A stretch of DNA of 64,000 bases from Kiritimatiellia bacterium (lineage in GTDB: Bacteria; Verrucomicrobiota; Kiritimatiellia; RFP12; UBA1067). The DNA is taken from contig JAFXXW010000030.1 in NCBI GenBank assembly GCA_017542055.1, forward strand, positions 369 to 64,368, given 5' to 3'. Positions 1 to 11,370 of the stretch are shown here, piece by piece (within the stretch, counting starts at the first letter, position 1; each line of letters begins with the position of its first letter). Position numbers and translations under genes: made by a program. Under the pieces are notes generated by a model that worked only from the letters and a program-made list of their open reading frames with translations, made no database searches and was not told where the DNA came from.

Positions 1-644
1 TGGGTGGCGCGCCATTGCGAGCCGCGCGGGGAGAGGGAGTGCTGAAGCATGTAGTAGAGATTGCACGAGAGCGCGGGGACGGACGGCAGGGGCTTGAGCG
101 AGACGCCCGCCTGGAAACGGTTCTGGTCGAAGACGTTCTCGCGGCCGGGGCGGTCCACCAGAAACACCTCCTCGTAGCAGTACGGGGAGATTTTGAAGTC
201 CGTGACGCTCCAGTCCGTCCGGAGCCGCAACCGCTCGCGGTAGCGCATGAACGGCTTTTCGCCGTGATGGTCGCACAACTCGAAGCGGGTGCGGAAGTCG
301 GGCTTGAGCCGGGCGAACGCCGGCGCGTAGAAGGTAAAGTCGACGAGCGGTCGCTGCACCGTCTGCAGGGGGCCGTGTCCGCCCTTCCGGTCGCGCGCGA
401 TGCAATGGCCCACGCTGGCCGAGAGCCACGACGCCAGCCGGTAGGAGCCGGACATGGTCAGCTCTTCGACCACCAGCGCGCCGTGGCCGTATCGGAGCTC
501 TTCGTCCACCCGGAGCGTGAAGTCGCCGAAGACTTTGGCGTCGGCCGAGAAGCGGATCCACGCCTGATGGTCCGCCGCCCGCGCGGGAAAAGTCCCGGCG
601 AGGGCGAGAAGCAGAACGGCGACTTTGGGGGCGAGCGCTTTCAC
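1..644 (-). CDS. Secreted hypothetical protein, possibly DUF2490-like (N-terminal part only; gene runs off the window start)
   Basis: Hand translation of the minus strand from GTG at 644 gives VKALAPKVAVLLLALAGTFPARAADHQAW... and stays open to position 1. It has strong GC3 bias and a signal peptide. The GTG overlaps the djlA stop (GTGA). It is absent from the ORF track because there is no stop in the window. The plus ORF 15..782 is its antisense shadow. Confidence 0.55.
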   Translation of the reverse strand, partial: MKALAPKVAVLLLALAGTFPARAADHQAWIRFSADAKVFGDFTLRVDEELRYGHGALVVEELTMSGSYRLASWLSASVGHCIARDRKGGHGPLQTVQRPLVDFTFYAPAFARLKPDFRTRFELCDHHGEKPFMRYRERLRLRTDWSVTDFKISPYCYEEVFLVDRPGRENVFDQNRFQAGVSLKPLPSVPALSCNLYYMLQHSLSPRGSQWRAT

Positions 645-1426
645 AGGCCGCGGGCGCGTTTGATTTCGTCCCAGGCGGCGTTGAGTCGTGCCATCTGCGC
701 GTTGGCGCGCTCGAGCATTTCTTCGGAGAGCCCGTTCTGCCGCAGCACGTCCGGATGGAGCCGCTTGGCCTTTTCGCGATAGGCGCGCCGGACGGTGGCG
801 TCGTCCGCGTCGGGCGGCACGCCGAGAATCGAATACGCGTCGGCCGGCTCCGCGGGGCGCGGCGATTCGGCCCGGCGCCGGCTCCCCACCCCGTGCATCC
901 GCGCCTGATACGCGTAATATTCCGCCCGGATGTTTAGCGGCACGATGATGCGCCGCAGAATGGACAGCTCGTCGGGATGCATGACGCCATCGGCGAAGGC
1001 GAGGTCCCACAAGATGTCGTAGACGAGTTCGCGAATGGTGGCGTCGGGCTGGCTGGCGGCGAAATCGGCCGCGTATTCGTAGATGGTGTGGCGGTCGCCC
1101 TTGGCGCGACGGAAAGCCTGGATGCAGTATTCGCGCTTTTCGCCGGTGAAGCCCAGCCGGGTGAAGACGCGTTCGCAAAATTCCACCTCGTCGCGCGTGA
1201 CGATTCCGTCCGCCTTGGCCAGCTTGGCCAGCATGGCGGCGAGCGCGGTGAGGGTTACGAGTTCGCGCCGGTCCTGCGCGGCCGAGCGGTAGGCGTTCCC
1301 GACCGGCTGCGAGCCCCGGATTTTCTCCTCCAGCTTGCCGCCCAGGATGGCACCGATGATGCCGCCCAGCAGTCCGCCCACGCTGGACCCCACGTACATT
1401 CCGGCCAACGACCCGAGCCAGCCCAT
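641..1426 (-). CDS. djlA: DjlA-type co-chaperone (TerB-like domain plus C-terminal J domain)
   Basis: 261 aa with a Gly-rich N-terminal membrane segment and a TerB-like middle region. The C-terminal J domain reads AYSILGV...KRLHPDV and includes the HPD motif. Confidence 0.8.
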   Translation of the reverse strand: MGWLGSLAGMYVGSSVGGLLGGIIGAILGGKLEEKIRGSQPVGNAYRSAAQDRRELVTLTALAAMLAKLAKADGIVTRDEVEFCERVFTRLGFTGEKREYCIQAFRRAKGDRHTIYEYAADFAASQPDATIRELVYDILWDLAFADGVMHPDELSILRRIIVPLNIRAEYYAYQARMHGVGSRRRAESPRPAEPADAYSILGVPPDADDATVRRAYREKAKRLHPDVLRQNGLSEEMLERANAQMARLNAAWDEIKRARGL

Positions 1427-1427
1427 T

Positions 1428-2093
1428 CTACTGCCGCTCCCTCGCGCGCTTTTCCGACTCGATCAGCCGCCGATAGCCCGCGTCGCTCAAGTGGAGTCCG
1501 TCGATAAAATAATCCGTATCCGGCTTGCCCTGCGGCGTGAGGAACTTGTCACAAGCGTCGACGAGAAAGACCTTCTCGCCGTCGCACAGTTCCGGCAGGC
1601 GGCGATTGACGGCCCGGATGCGCTCCATCGCGTCGCGCGGACTTTTGCGGTCGTGCCGCGGGAGCAGGCCCACCAATTCTATCCGGGCCTCGGGGTGGCG
1701 CTCGGAAACAAGCTCGACGAGCTGCCGGAGTCCGGAGAGAAACTCCTCGGTGGTCCAACGTTGGGTCAGATTGTTGGTGCCGATGTGGAGACGGAAAAGT
1801 TTGGCCGTGTAGCCATCCAGTTCGCCGTGCTCGAGTCGCCAAAGGAGGTTTTCGATCCTATCTCCATGCACGCCCAGATTGAGCGTCCTCGAGTCGCCGT
1901 ACGCGTCCGCCGGCAAGCGCTCGGTCAGCGAGTCGCCCAAGAGCACAACGTCGTAAGGCCGGCCCGCGTTGTCCGCGATGGCCGACAGAAACTCCGCGTG
2001 GCGCGCCTCCCAGGACCAGCGTCCGCCGGTCTCCGGCTCGCGGCTGACGCCGATGACCGCCAGCACCGCGCAGCATGAGGCGAGAAAACTCAT
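1428..2093 (-). CDS. SGNH/GDSL-family hydrolase
   Basis: 221 aa from the ATG at 2093. It has the blocks LLGDSLTE, IGTNN and DGLHLS. The upstream part of track ORF 1428..3074 is an out-of-frame overlap with the TPR gene. The ATG overlaps the upstream stop (ATGA). Confidence 0.8.
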   Translation of the reverse strand: MSFLASCCAVLAVIGVSREPETGGRWSWEARHAEFLSAIADNAGRPYDVVLLGDSLTERLPADAYGDSRTLNLGVHGDRIENLLWRLEHGELDGYTAKLFRLHIGTNNLTQRWTTEEFLSGLRQLVELVSERHPEARIELVGLLPRHDRKSPRDAMERIRAVNRRLPELCDGEKVFLVDACDKFLTPQGKPDTDYFIDGLHLSDAGYRRLIESEKRARERQ

Positions 2094-3472
2094 CCCCGGG
2101 CCTTGAGCGCCTGGGACACGGCCAGCATGCGGTCGGCGAGGTCGGCGAAACCAACGTCGTTGGAGTAGACTTCCTTGTAGTAGTTGTAGGCCTTTTCCAG
2201 ATCGCCCGCGCTTTCCGCGCAGACGCCCAGCTGGTAGACCACCTTCTTCTTGAGCTCGTCCATCGTGGGAATCTGGTCGCGCGCGGTTTCGAGCTGCATG
2301 ACGGCCATGTCCGTCTGGCCCTTCATGAGGAAGCACATCGCGAGGTAGTAGAGCGCCCAGAGTCGGTCCTTGGGGCTCTTCTGCGCCAGCTGCAGATGTT
2401 CCAGCGCCTCGTCGTAGTACTCGTAGGTGAAGTACTGCAGCCCCAGCTCGTACCGCAGGTGCAGATCGTTGGGGTAGCGCTCCACGCGCTGGGCGAGGTC
2501 GTCGAACACGAACTGGTTCTTCTCGGCCTCCAGGTTGACGGCGCCTTCCTCGTCGCCCGCCTCGCGCAACGCCGCGATCTGCTGGTCGTAGTAGTTGACG
2601 CGATTCTGCGAGAGCATGCGGTCGAGTTCGGGGTCCATCGCGCCGGCGGCCTGGATGGCCTCTTCGAGCGTCTGGACGGCCTCGGCGAAGCGCTTGTTCT
2701 GCGAGTAGAGTCGCGCCAGCGCCCGGCGGGCGTTCATGTTCTTGGGCTCGGCCGCGATCTGCTGGAGCTTCTCCTGGATGAGCGCTTCGGCGTCGTCGCC
2801 GGTGATGACGGCCTTGTTGGCCTGATCGAGCTTCTTGGCCTGCTCCTTGTTGGCGATGAGATTCTGGAATCCGCCCTTCTTGCCGGCGGTGGCCTCCCAG
2901 CCCGAACTCATGGTGGCGCGGGCTTCGGCGTTCTTGAGCATGGCCATCACGCGCTGGTCGCCCGGCTTCATCTCGGACAGCTTCTGGTAGGCGTCGCGCG
3001 CCTTGTCCCAACGCTGCGCCATCGTGTAGTAGGTGGCCACGCGTTCGAGGAGCGCCGGATCGCGGTTGGAGCATTCGTAGGCGGCCTCGATGGTGATGGC
3101 GGCGTGATCCGCCTTGCCGGCCGCTTCGGCCGCCTTGACGGCGATCTCCATGTTGTCGGCGTCGAGCGGATTCTGCTTGAGGAGCTCCTCCGCCTCCGCC
3201 ATCGCGGCGCGCGCGTCGCCCTTCTTGATGAGCCCGGCGATCTTGCTGCGGGCCATCATGTAGCCGAGCTTGGCGCCGAAACCGGTCTTTCCGTTGCGCT
3301 TGAAGTTGGCGATCTGGGCGGCCCGCAGGAGCTTGCGCGTCTCGAGCACTTCGGGCGCCGCCTTGATGGCCTCCATGAGCATGTCGACCGCCAGCTCGTA
3401 CTTGCCGGACTCCAACGCCTGCCGGCCGCGATTGGTGAAATTCTGCGCCTTCTGGGCTAGATCCACTGCCAT
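2090..3472 (-). CDS. Tetratricopeptide-repeat protein
   Basis: 460 aa with repeated TPR-like helical hairpins, for example YELGLQYFTYEYYDEALEHLQLA and WALYYLAMCFLMKGQ. Confidence 0.7.
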   Translation of the reverse strand: MAVDLAQKAQNFTNRGRQALESGKYELAVDMLMEAIKAAPEVLETRKLLRAAQIANFKRNGKTGFGAKLGYMMARSKIAGLIKKGDARAAMAEAEELLKQNPLDADNMEIAVKAAEAAGKADHAAITIEAAYECSNRDPALLERVATYYTMAQRWDKARDAYQKLSEMKPGDQRVMAMLKNAEARATMSSGWEATAGKKGGFQNLIANKEQAKKLDQANKAVITGDDAEALIQEKLQQIAAEPKNMNARRALARLYSQNKRFAEAVQTLEEAIQAAGAMDPELDRMLSQNRVNYYDQQIAALREAGDEEGAVNLEAEKNQFVFDDLAQRVERYPNDLHLRYELGLQYFTYEYYDEALEHLQLAQKSPKDRLWALYYLAMCFLMKGQTDMAVMQLETARDQIPTMDELKKKVVYQLGVCAESAGDLEKAYNYYKEVYSNDVGFADLADRMLAVSQALKARG

Positions 3473-3488
3473 GACTTTTCTCCTTGCT

Positions 3489-3794
3489 TTACGGGGTTAC
3501 CGACAAGCGTTCATCGCCGGAGGCGGCCATGAAGCCCGGGGTTTTGTAGGTTTTGAGCATGAAATGGGTCGAGGTGGAGATGACGCCGTCGATGGTGCTC
3601 AGATCCTGCGCCACGAATTGCGCCACGTCCTGCAGGCTCTGGCCCTTGACGAACACCAAAAGGTCGTACGCGCCGCTCATCAGGAAGCAGGCTTCCACCT
3701 GCTCGAAGCGCGACACCCGTTCCGCCAGCCGACCGAAACCGCTGTCGCGCTGGGGCGTGATTTTAAGTTCGATTACCGCATGAACTTCCGCCAT
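3489..3794 (-). CDS. Stand-alone Lrp/AsnC ligand-binding (RAM) domain protein
   Basis: 101 aa. The pattern VEACFLMSGAYDLLVFVKGQSLQDVAQFV...GVISTSTHFMLKTYK matches the AsnC_trans_reg fold pattern. No HTH domain is present. Confidence 0.7.
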   Translation of the reverse strand: MAEVHAVIELKITPQRDSGFGRLAERVSRFEQVEACFLMSGAYDLLVFVKGQSLQDVAQFVAQDLSTIDGVISTSTHFMLKTYKTPGFMAASGDERLSVTP

Positions 3795-3816
3795 GACAGG
3801 AGGCCTTTCCTTGACG

Positions 3817-4329
3817 TCACCAGGGCATCGCGACCACGTCGTCCACGATCTGCCGCGCCAAATCGTCCGCCAGCCGCCCGGACGCGTCGCGCTTGGCGGT
3901 GCCCACGTCCTGGGTGGTCATGAGCGAGGTGGCGGCAGTATAGGGCTTGTTGTCGATGAGCACCCGGCCGGAGCGCTTGTCCACCACCGTCACTTTGGCT
4001 TCGACGGTGAACTTGTAGGTGCCGAAACGCTCGCCCCCGCGCATGTCGCCGCCCGTGTAGCCCATGCCGCACTTGGTCAGCACGCCCTGCACCTCCACCG
4101 CCGCGTCGCCCACGCTGCGGATCTTGAACGTGCCCTCGCGCTGGAATTCGCGCAGCAATTGACGGGTGGCCACCGCGCCCAGTTCGGTCACGCCGCTCTC
4201 GTTGCGGAACGTGGGCACGCTGACGGTGCGGAGCGCTTCCGGAACCTTGCTGGTCCACTGGTAGCGGGTTTTGCAGCCGGGCAGGACGGTCAAAGCCGCC
4301 AACAGACAAACGATAAGGCTATTTTTCAT
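3817..4329 (-). CDS. LptE-like LPS-assembly lipoprotein
   Basis: 170 aa from the ATG at 4329. It has the lipobox LTVLPGC, the VSVPTFRNESG motif and an LptE-like beta-rich C-terminus. The longer track ORF 3817..5460 is a shadow extension. Confidence 0.55.
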   Translation of the reverse strand: MKNSLIVCLLAALTVLPGCKTRYQWTSKVPEALRTVSVPTFRNESGVTELGAVATRQLLREFQREGTFKIRSVGDAAVEVQGVLTKCGMGYTGGDMRGGERFGTYKFTVEAKVTVVDKRSGRVLIDNKPYTAATSLMTTQDVGTAKRDASGRLADDLARQIVDDVVAMPW

Positions 4330-4337
4330 GGTCGTAT

Positions 4338-5645
4338 TCACTTTGAAAGCCAGAGGTAGTACCACTTGGGCTCGTTTTCTTCCTTGGCGCGCTGCACGGC
4401 TTCCTCCTCGCGGCGCTCGCGCTCTTCCATGTACTCGGTGAGCCAGTACGGCTCGCCCTCGGACGTGTCGATGGTCTGGGGATCGGTATAGGGCGCTTCC
4501 GGATCGAACGCGTAGGCCGGCTGGGCGATCGACATGTCGGTGGCGATGGCCGGACCTCCCGCCGACGGCTGGGCCGCGACCGGAGTTTCCGCCTGGGCGG
4601 CCGGTTCCGGCTCGGGCTCGGGCATGGCCTCCAGCTGCGCCAGCCGTTCGCGCGCCTCGGCGGCGTGTTCGCCTTCCGGATAGTCCTCCAGATACAGCTT
4701 GTAGGCGTTGATGGCGCTCCGGCGGGTGCGGGTGCGCGAATCGTAGAACTTGTTGCCGAGATAGGTGGCGGTGTCCAGCTCCTTGCGCGCCTGGTCCAGC
4801 CACGCCATGTAGTCCTTGCGTTCGTCCACCGTGCAGTCGGACCGGACGGCCAGCTTCAGGAAGTCGATGGTGTCGCGGATGCGCGCGCGGTTGTAGCCGT
4901 GACGCTCCAGCAGTTTGAGCCGGGCCTGGGCCTCGCGATGGGTGGCGGTGCGCGCATGCCGGGTGCCGGGATAGAGGTTGCGGAGGTTCTCGTACACCAC
5001 CACCGCCAGCTCCTCCCGGCTCTCGTCCTCGCGCAGACCGGCGATCGTCAGCATGGCGTCCGGCACGAACGGCGCGCCCGGAGCGCGCAGCACCAACGCC
5101 TCGTAGGCGCGGCGCACGTCCACCGTGTTGGCGAAACGGAAGAACATGACGGTTTTGCCCTCTTCGCGCATCTTTTCGCACATGGCGTAATCGATGGCGG
5201 CGATAGCGGAATAGTCGCACTTGGCGGAGTAGAAGTCGAGGAGGTAGCGATATTCGGCGCAGGCGTCGATGTAGTCCTCCTCCTTCAGGCGCAAATCCGC
5301 CAGCTTGCGTTGCGCGACGGGGGCTTCGGGCGAATAGGGCCACTCGCCCACCAACGCGTCGTAGGCCCGTCCGGCCCGCCACAGCTTGCCGGCCGCTTCC
5401 AGCTCTTCGGCCCAGGCGAGCTGCGCTTCGGCGGTGTCCATCTTGGGCGCGCTCCACCAACGGAACCAGCCGATGGTCTTCTTCTCGGGCTTGATGGCTT
5501 CGTCTTCCAGGTCGAAACCGGGAAAGGCGTCGGTGGCGTACCGGGCGCCCGGACCGGGACTCATGGGATGCTGGACCGCCGCCCGGCCCGGCAATCCGGC
5601 CGCGATCGCCGCCAACGCGACAAACAACGCTCTTTTCAATTTCAT
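4338..5645 (-). CDS. BamD/YfiO-like TPR outer-membrane assembly factor with an acidic C-terminal tail
   Basis: It starts at MKLKRALFVALAAIAAG (ATG 5645) with a signal peptide. It shows the BamD-like pattern WPYSPEAPVAQ...DY..A...Y and a second YPEGEHAAEARERL repeat. Confidence 0.5.
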   Translation of the reverse strand: MKLKRALFVALAAIAAGLPGRAAVQHPMSPGPGARYATDAFPGFDLEDEAIKPEKKTIGWFRWWSAPKMDTAEAQLAWAEELEAAGKLWRAGRAYDALVGEWPYSPEAPVAQRKLADLRLKEEDYIDACAEYRYLLDFYSAKCDYSAIAAIDYAMCEKMREEGKTVMFFRFANTVDVRRAYEALVLRAPGAPFVPDAMLTIAGLREDESREELAVVVYENLRNLYPGTRHARTATHREAQARLKLLERHGYNRARIRDTIDFLKLAVRSDCTVDERKDYMAWLDQARKELDTATYLGNKFYDSRTRTRRSAINAYKLYLEDYPEGEHAAEARERLAQLEAMPEPEPEPAAQAETPVAAQPSAGGPAIATDMSIAQPAYAFDPEAPYTDPQTIDTSEGEPYWLTEYMEERERREEEAVQRAKEENEPKWYYLWLSK

Positions 5646-5651
5646 ATTCGT

Positions 5652-5680
5652 ATTATACCATATTTTCCCGGCAATTACAA
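5652..5680 (-). promoter_or_regulatory. Sigma70-type promoter of the BamD-like operon (leaderless)
   Basis: In RNA sense it reads TTGTAA-N17-TATAAT within GGGAAAATATGGTATAATA. The ATG at 5645 starts 7 nt after the -10 hexamer. Confidence 0.7.
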
Positions 5681-5707
5681 GAGGCAAAACGGTTTTTCTC
5701 CGGCGGT

Positions 5708-6580
5708 TCAGCCCAGCACCTTGGCCAAAGTGGCGCGCATCTTCTCGCGGTTGGCCGGGGTGGTTTCCGCCAGCGGCAGCCGCAACGAAAGGTCGATCTT
5801 GCCCAGAATGGCCATCGCCTCCTTGACCATCACCGGATTGGTGTCGATGAAGAGGTCGTGGAAGAGCGGATAGTACTTGGCGTGCATTTGGCCCGCCAAG
5901 ACGAAATCGCCCCGGAGCGCCGCGCGGATCATGTCGCCCACCTCTTTGGGGATCACGTTGGACGCCACCGAGATGACGCCCTTGGCGCCTACCGACATCA
6001 TCGGCACCGCCAGCGAATCGTCGCCGGAGAGGACGGTGAAGTCCGGGCAGAGGTTCTTGATGGCGCTGACCCGTTCCACCGAGCCGGCCGCCTCCTTGAT
6101 GGCCACCACGTTGGGATGCTTGGCGAGGCGCGCCACCACCTCGAGCGGAATCTCCTTGCCGGCGCGTCCCGGCACGTTGTAGAGGATGACCGGCATCCCC
6201 AGGTCCGCCACCGTCATGAAGTGGCGATAGAGACCCTCGGCGTTGGGCTTGTTGTAGTAAGGGGTGACCTGCAGCGACGCGTCCGCCCCGCCCATGGCGA
6301 TGGCCGCCCGGGTGAGACTCACGGCCTCTTCGGTGGAATTGGCGCCCGTGCCCGCCACGATGAGGCAGCGACCCCGGGCGAATTCGATGGTCTTTTCGAT
6401 GACCTTGTGATGCTCTTCATGGCTGAGCGTGGGGGATTCGCCCGTAGTGCCGACGGCGCAGGCCCCTTCCACCCCGGCCGATACCTGCTCGTCGACGATC
6501 GACTGGAGCCGGCCATAGTCGACCGCGCCCGACTTGTCGAACGGGGTGACCATGGCGGTGATAGTTCCGGCGATATTCAT
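5708..6580 (-). CDS. dapA: 4-hydroxy-tetrahydrodipicolinate synthase
   Basis: 290 aa with the motifs GTTGESPTLSHEEH, YNVPGRAG and AIKEAAG, collinear with E. coli DapA. Confidence 0.9.
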   Translation of the reverse strand: MNIAGTITAMVTPFDKSGAVDYGRLQSIVDEQVSAGVEGACAVGTTGESPTLSHEEHHKVIEKTIEFARGRCLIVAGTGANSTEEAVSLTRAAIAMGGADASLQVTPYYNKPNAEGLYRHFMTVADLGMPVILYNVPGRAGKEIPLEVVARLAKHPNVVAIKEAAGSVERVSAIKNLCPDFTVLSGDDSLAVPMMSVGAKGVISVASNVIPKEVGDMIRAALRGDFVLAGQMHAKYYPLFHDLFIDTNPVMVKEAMAILGKIDLSLRLPLAETTPANREKMRATLAKVLG

Positions 6581-6586
6581 GGCTGG

Positions 6587-8365
<1,779 letters not shown>

Positions 8366-8384
8366 GATGGTTTCTCCTTGTTGC

Positions 8385-9869
8385 TTAAGCTTTTTTCTTG
8401 CGGAACGCGAGGGCGTACGCCAGCACCACCGCGAAGCAGATGGCCGGCACCACGAACGAAGAGCGGAGCGACGCCTGAGTGAGTTTGAGATTGGCGTCCC
8501 AGGCGAAGTCGAATCCGCCCGTGAGTTTGCACCAGCAGCTCCCGGCGTCGCCGATGATTCCGGCCATCCAAGGCGTGATGACGGCGCCGCCCAGGATCGC
8601 CATGATGAGACCCGACGCCCCCAGCTTGAGCGCTTTGGGGTCGAGTCCGCCCAACGCGATGCCGTAGATGGTGGGGAACATGAGGCTCATGAAGCCGCTC
8701 ATCGCCACCAGACAGAAGATGTTGGCCGAGAACGGCAGTTGGCCGATCGTGAAAAGGATGTCGGTGGGCAGATACATCACGCCCGCGCAGCAGACGATGG
8801 CGCACGCGGCGAACACGGCCATCATCGTCGCGGGGTTGAAGTATTTCATCAGCCAGGTGGCCACCCAGCGGCAGGCGATGAAGAGCGAAATGGCGATGGT
8901 GTAGTAGATGGCGCCCTGGGCCGGCGTCACCCCCAGTTCCTTCTGGCAATACACGTTGAGCCACGTCCAGGCCGCGATCTGCACGCCCACGTAGAAGAAC
9001 TGCGCGATCACGCCGAACCAGTAGCGCGGAGTCTTGAGGAGGACCGCCAGCATCGAACGGTAATCCTTGAGCAGCATCACGTAGCAAAGCGGACCCGACA
9101 CGCCGCAAAGCACCCAGGCGATCTTGTCCATCTCCGGGAAGAGGAAGTAAAGGACCGTCATCGGCAGGACCGAAAACGCCAACGCCACCCCCACCCGGAC
9201 GAGCGCCGAACGCGAAGGCGCGGTTTCGCCCTCGCGCCGGGAGAGGAAAAAGAGCCAAATCAAGGCCGCCACCGCGCACAGGCCCACGTACGGCGCGCAC
9301 ACCCAAAAGAGTTCGTTGTGGATGATGCCCTGGCGCGTCGCCTCGTCCATCAGCAGACGCTCCTCGGCCGTGGCCGGATTCAGGTGCGAAAGGATAAGCT
9401 GCTGCGCCAGCACGATTCCGCACATGGAGCCGACGGGGTTGAACATCTGGGCGAAGTTGAGCCGGCGCACGGCAGAGGCTTCGTCGCCCAGAGAAAGGAC
9501 GTACGGATTGCAGGTGGTCTCCAGCAGCGAACAGCCGCCCGCCACGATGAAGATGGCGATGAAATAGATGTCGAAGCTTTGCGCCACGCAAGCCGGAATG
9601 TACAAAAGCGCTCCGGTGATATAGACCGCGAGCCCTATGAGCACGCCCTTGCGGTAGCTGAACTCCTCGGCCAGCACGGCCGCGAAAATGGCCAACACCG
9701 CGTAGGCGCCGTAAAACGCCACCTGCACCAATCCGGCGCGCGACTGGTCCATCGTGAAAATACGCTGGAACGCGGGCACCAGATTGTCCGTCATGTTGTT
9801 CAGGAGCCCCCACAGCGCGAAGCAGGAGACGAGCATGGCGAAGATCGCCAGATATTTGCGCGGTACCAT
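8385..9869 (-). CDS. fucP: L-fucose:H+ symporter (MFS, FucP family)
   Basis: 12-TM MFS protein with a FucP-like N-terminus ([19 protein letters not shown]). I prefer the ATG at 9869, one nt after the ilvA stop (TGAaATG). The track ORF extends to 9920. Confidence 0.8.
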   Translation of the reverse strand: MVPRKYLAIFAMLVSCFALWGLLNNMTDNLVPAFQRIFTMDQSRAGLVQVAFYGAYAVLAIFAAVLAEEFSYRKGVLIGLAVYITGALLYIPACVAQSFDIYFIAIFIVAGGCSLLETTCNPYVLSLGDEASAVRRLNFAQMFNPVGSMCGIVLAQQLILSHLNPATAEERLLMDEATRQGIIHNELFWVCAPYVGLCAVAALIWLFFLSRREGETAPSRSALVRVGVALAFSVLPMTVLYFLFPEMDKIAWVLCGVSGPLCYVMLLKDYRSMLAVLLKTPRYWFGVIAQFFYVGVQIAAWTWLNVYCQKELGVTPAQGAIYYTIAISLFIACRWVATWLMKYFNPATMMAVFAACAIVCCAGVMYLPTDILFTIGQLPFSANIFCLVAMSGFMSLMFPTIYGIALGGLDPKALKLGASGLIMAILGGAVITPWMAGIIGDAGSCWCKLTGGFDFAWDANLKLTQASLRSSFVVPAICFAVVLAYALAFRKKKA

Positions 9870-9870
9870 T

Positions 9871-11370
9871 TCAGTTGGAAAGGAAGTATTTGTAGGCTGC
9901 GTTTTGGGTGACGTCGGCATGCTGGTAGCCGATCAGCTTCAGCGTGGACTCGAAATCCTTGCGTTCGCCGACCGGCACCTGGAAGCCCGCCAGCACCTTG
10001 CCGTGATCGGAGCCGTGATTGCGGTAATGGAAAAGCGAAATGTTCCACCGGTCGGCGATGGCGTCGAGGAAGTTCATGAGCGCGCCCGGTTTTTCCGGGA
10101 ACTCGAAGGTGTACACCACCTCGTCAACCGCGTTCCGGGCGTGGCCGCCCACCATGTGGCGGATGTGCTCCTTCGCGACCACGTCGTCCGTGAGATCGTG
10201 GGTGGCGAAACCCGCCTTCTCGAAGAGCGCCTTCAGCTGCGCCGCCTCCTTTGGGTTCTTGACCGTCATGCCCACGAACACGTGCGCATGGTCGGACGCG
10301 TTCATCCGGTAGTTGAACTCGGTGATGGAACGCTTGCCGATCTTGGCGATGAACTTCTTGAAGGAACCGCGCTCTTCCGGGATGCGCACCTCGAAAATGG
10401 CCTCGCGCCGCTCGCCGAGCTCCGTCTCCTCCGACACGAAGCGGATGCGGTCGAAATTCATGTTGGCGCCGGAAACGATGCAGGCGTAGGTTTCGCCCTT
10501 CCGGGCCGTCTTCTTGGCCGCGCTCAGCGCCAACGCCCCGGCCGGTTCGCAAATGGCGCGCGTCGCCTCGAAAATGTCCTTGATGGCGGCGCACATTTCG
10601 GCCGTCGAAACGCGTACGATGCCGTCCAGCTTCTCGCGGCAGATGCGGAACGTTTCCTCGCCCGGCTTCTTCACGCAGACGCCATCGGCGAAGAGTCCCG
10701 GATTCTCCAACGTGACGCGCTTGCCGGCCTGGATGGACCGGTACATGCAGTCGCTATCCTCCGGCTCCACGCCGATCACCTTGACCTCGGGCCGCACCGC
10801 CTTGACGTATTCGGCCACGCCGGCCGCCAGTCCCCCTCCGCCGATCGGCACGAAAATCGCGTCCAGCTTGCGTCCGGCCTGCTCGAGAATCTCTTTGGCC
10901 ACCGTGCCCTGCCCGGCGATCACGTCCGGATCGTCGTAGGGCGGAATGAAGGTGACGCCGGTCTCCTTCACCAGCCGGGCCGCTTCTTCCGCGCAATCGG
11001 AATAGCCGTCGCCGAACAGCACGATCCTGGCCCCCCAGGCCTTGACCGCGTTGATTTTGATTTCCGGCGTGGTCACCGGCATCACGATCGTCGCCTTGAC
11101 GCCCAGCTTCCTGGCCGACAGCGCCACGCCCTGCGCATGGTTGCCGGCCGACGCCGCGAGCACGCCTTTGGCCAGCGCCGCTTTGGGCAGCTGGCTCATC
11201 TTGTTGTAGGCGCCGCGGATCTTGTACGAATGCACCGGCTGCAGATCCTCGCGCTTGAGCAGGAACCGGCATCCGTACTTTCGGGAAAGCGCCGCCATTT
11301 CGTCGAGCGGCGTCTCCAACGCCACGTCGTACACCGTGGCGTTGAGGATTTTCTTGAGATAAGTATCCAT
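9871..11370 (-). CDS. ilvA: Biosynthetic threonine ammonia-lyase (threonine dehydratase)
   Basis: About 499 aa with the PLP lysine motif HSYKIRGA, GNHAQG and two C-terminal ACT-like regulatory domains. The ATG at 11370 overlaps the kinase stop (TGATG). An alternative GTG lies at 11373. Confidence 0.9.
   Translation of the reverse strand: MDTYLKKILNATVYDVALETPLDEMAALSRKYGCRFLLKREDLQPVHSYKIRGAYNKMSQLPKAALAKGVLAASAGNHAQGVALSARKLGVKATIVMPVTTPEIKINAVKAWGARIVLFGDGYSDCAEEAARLVKETGVTFIPPYDDPDVIAGQGTVAKEILEQAGRKLDAIFVPIGGGGLAAGVAEYVKAVRPEVKVIGVEPEDSDCMYRSIQAGKRVTLENPGLFADGVCVKKPGEETFRICREKLDGIVRVSTAEMCAAIKDIFEATRAICEPAGALALSAAKKTARKGETYACIVSGANMNFDRIRFVSEETELGERREAIFEVRIPEERGSFKKFIAKIGKRSITEFNYRMNASDHAHVFVGMTVKNPKEAAQLKALFEKAGFATHDLTDDVVAKEHIRHMVGGHARNAVDEVVYTFEFPEKPGALMNFLDAIADRWNISLFHYRNHGSDHGKVLAGFQVPVGERKDFESTLKLIGYQHADVTQNAAYKYFLSN

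Noticed and set aside
1428-3074. Track ORFs that fuse a real C-terminal gene to a long N-terminal extension. Examples are 1428..3074, 3817..5460, 17132..18733, 21058..22182, 24366..26336, 26389..28137, 36816..38321, 39035..40567 and 43706..45889.
   Set aside because: The extensions overlap the upstream conserved gene out of frame and are Arg/Gly-rich junk. In each case an internal ATG sits exactly at or 1-4 nt from the upstream gene's stop, and it yields a protein of the normal family length.
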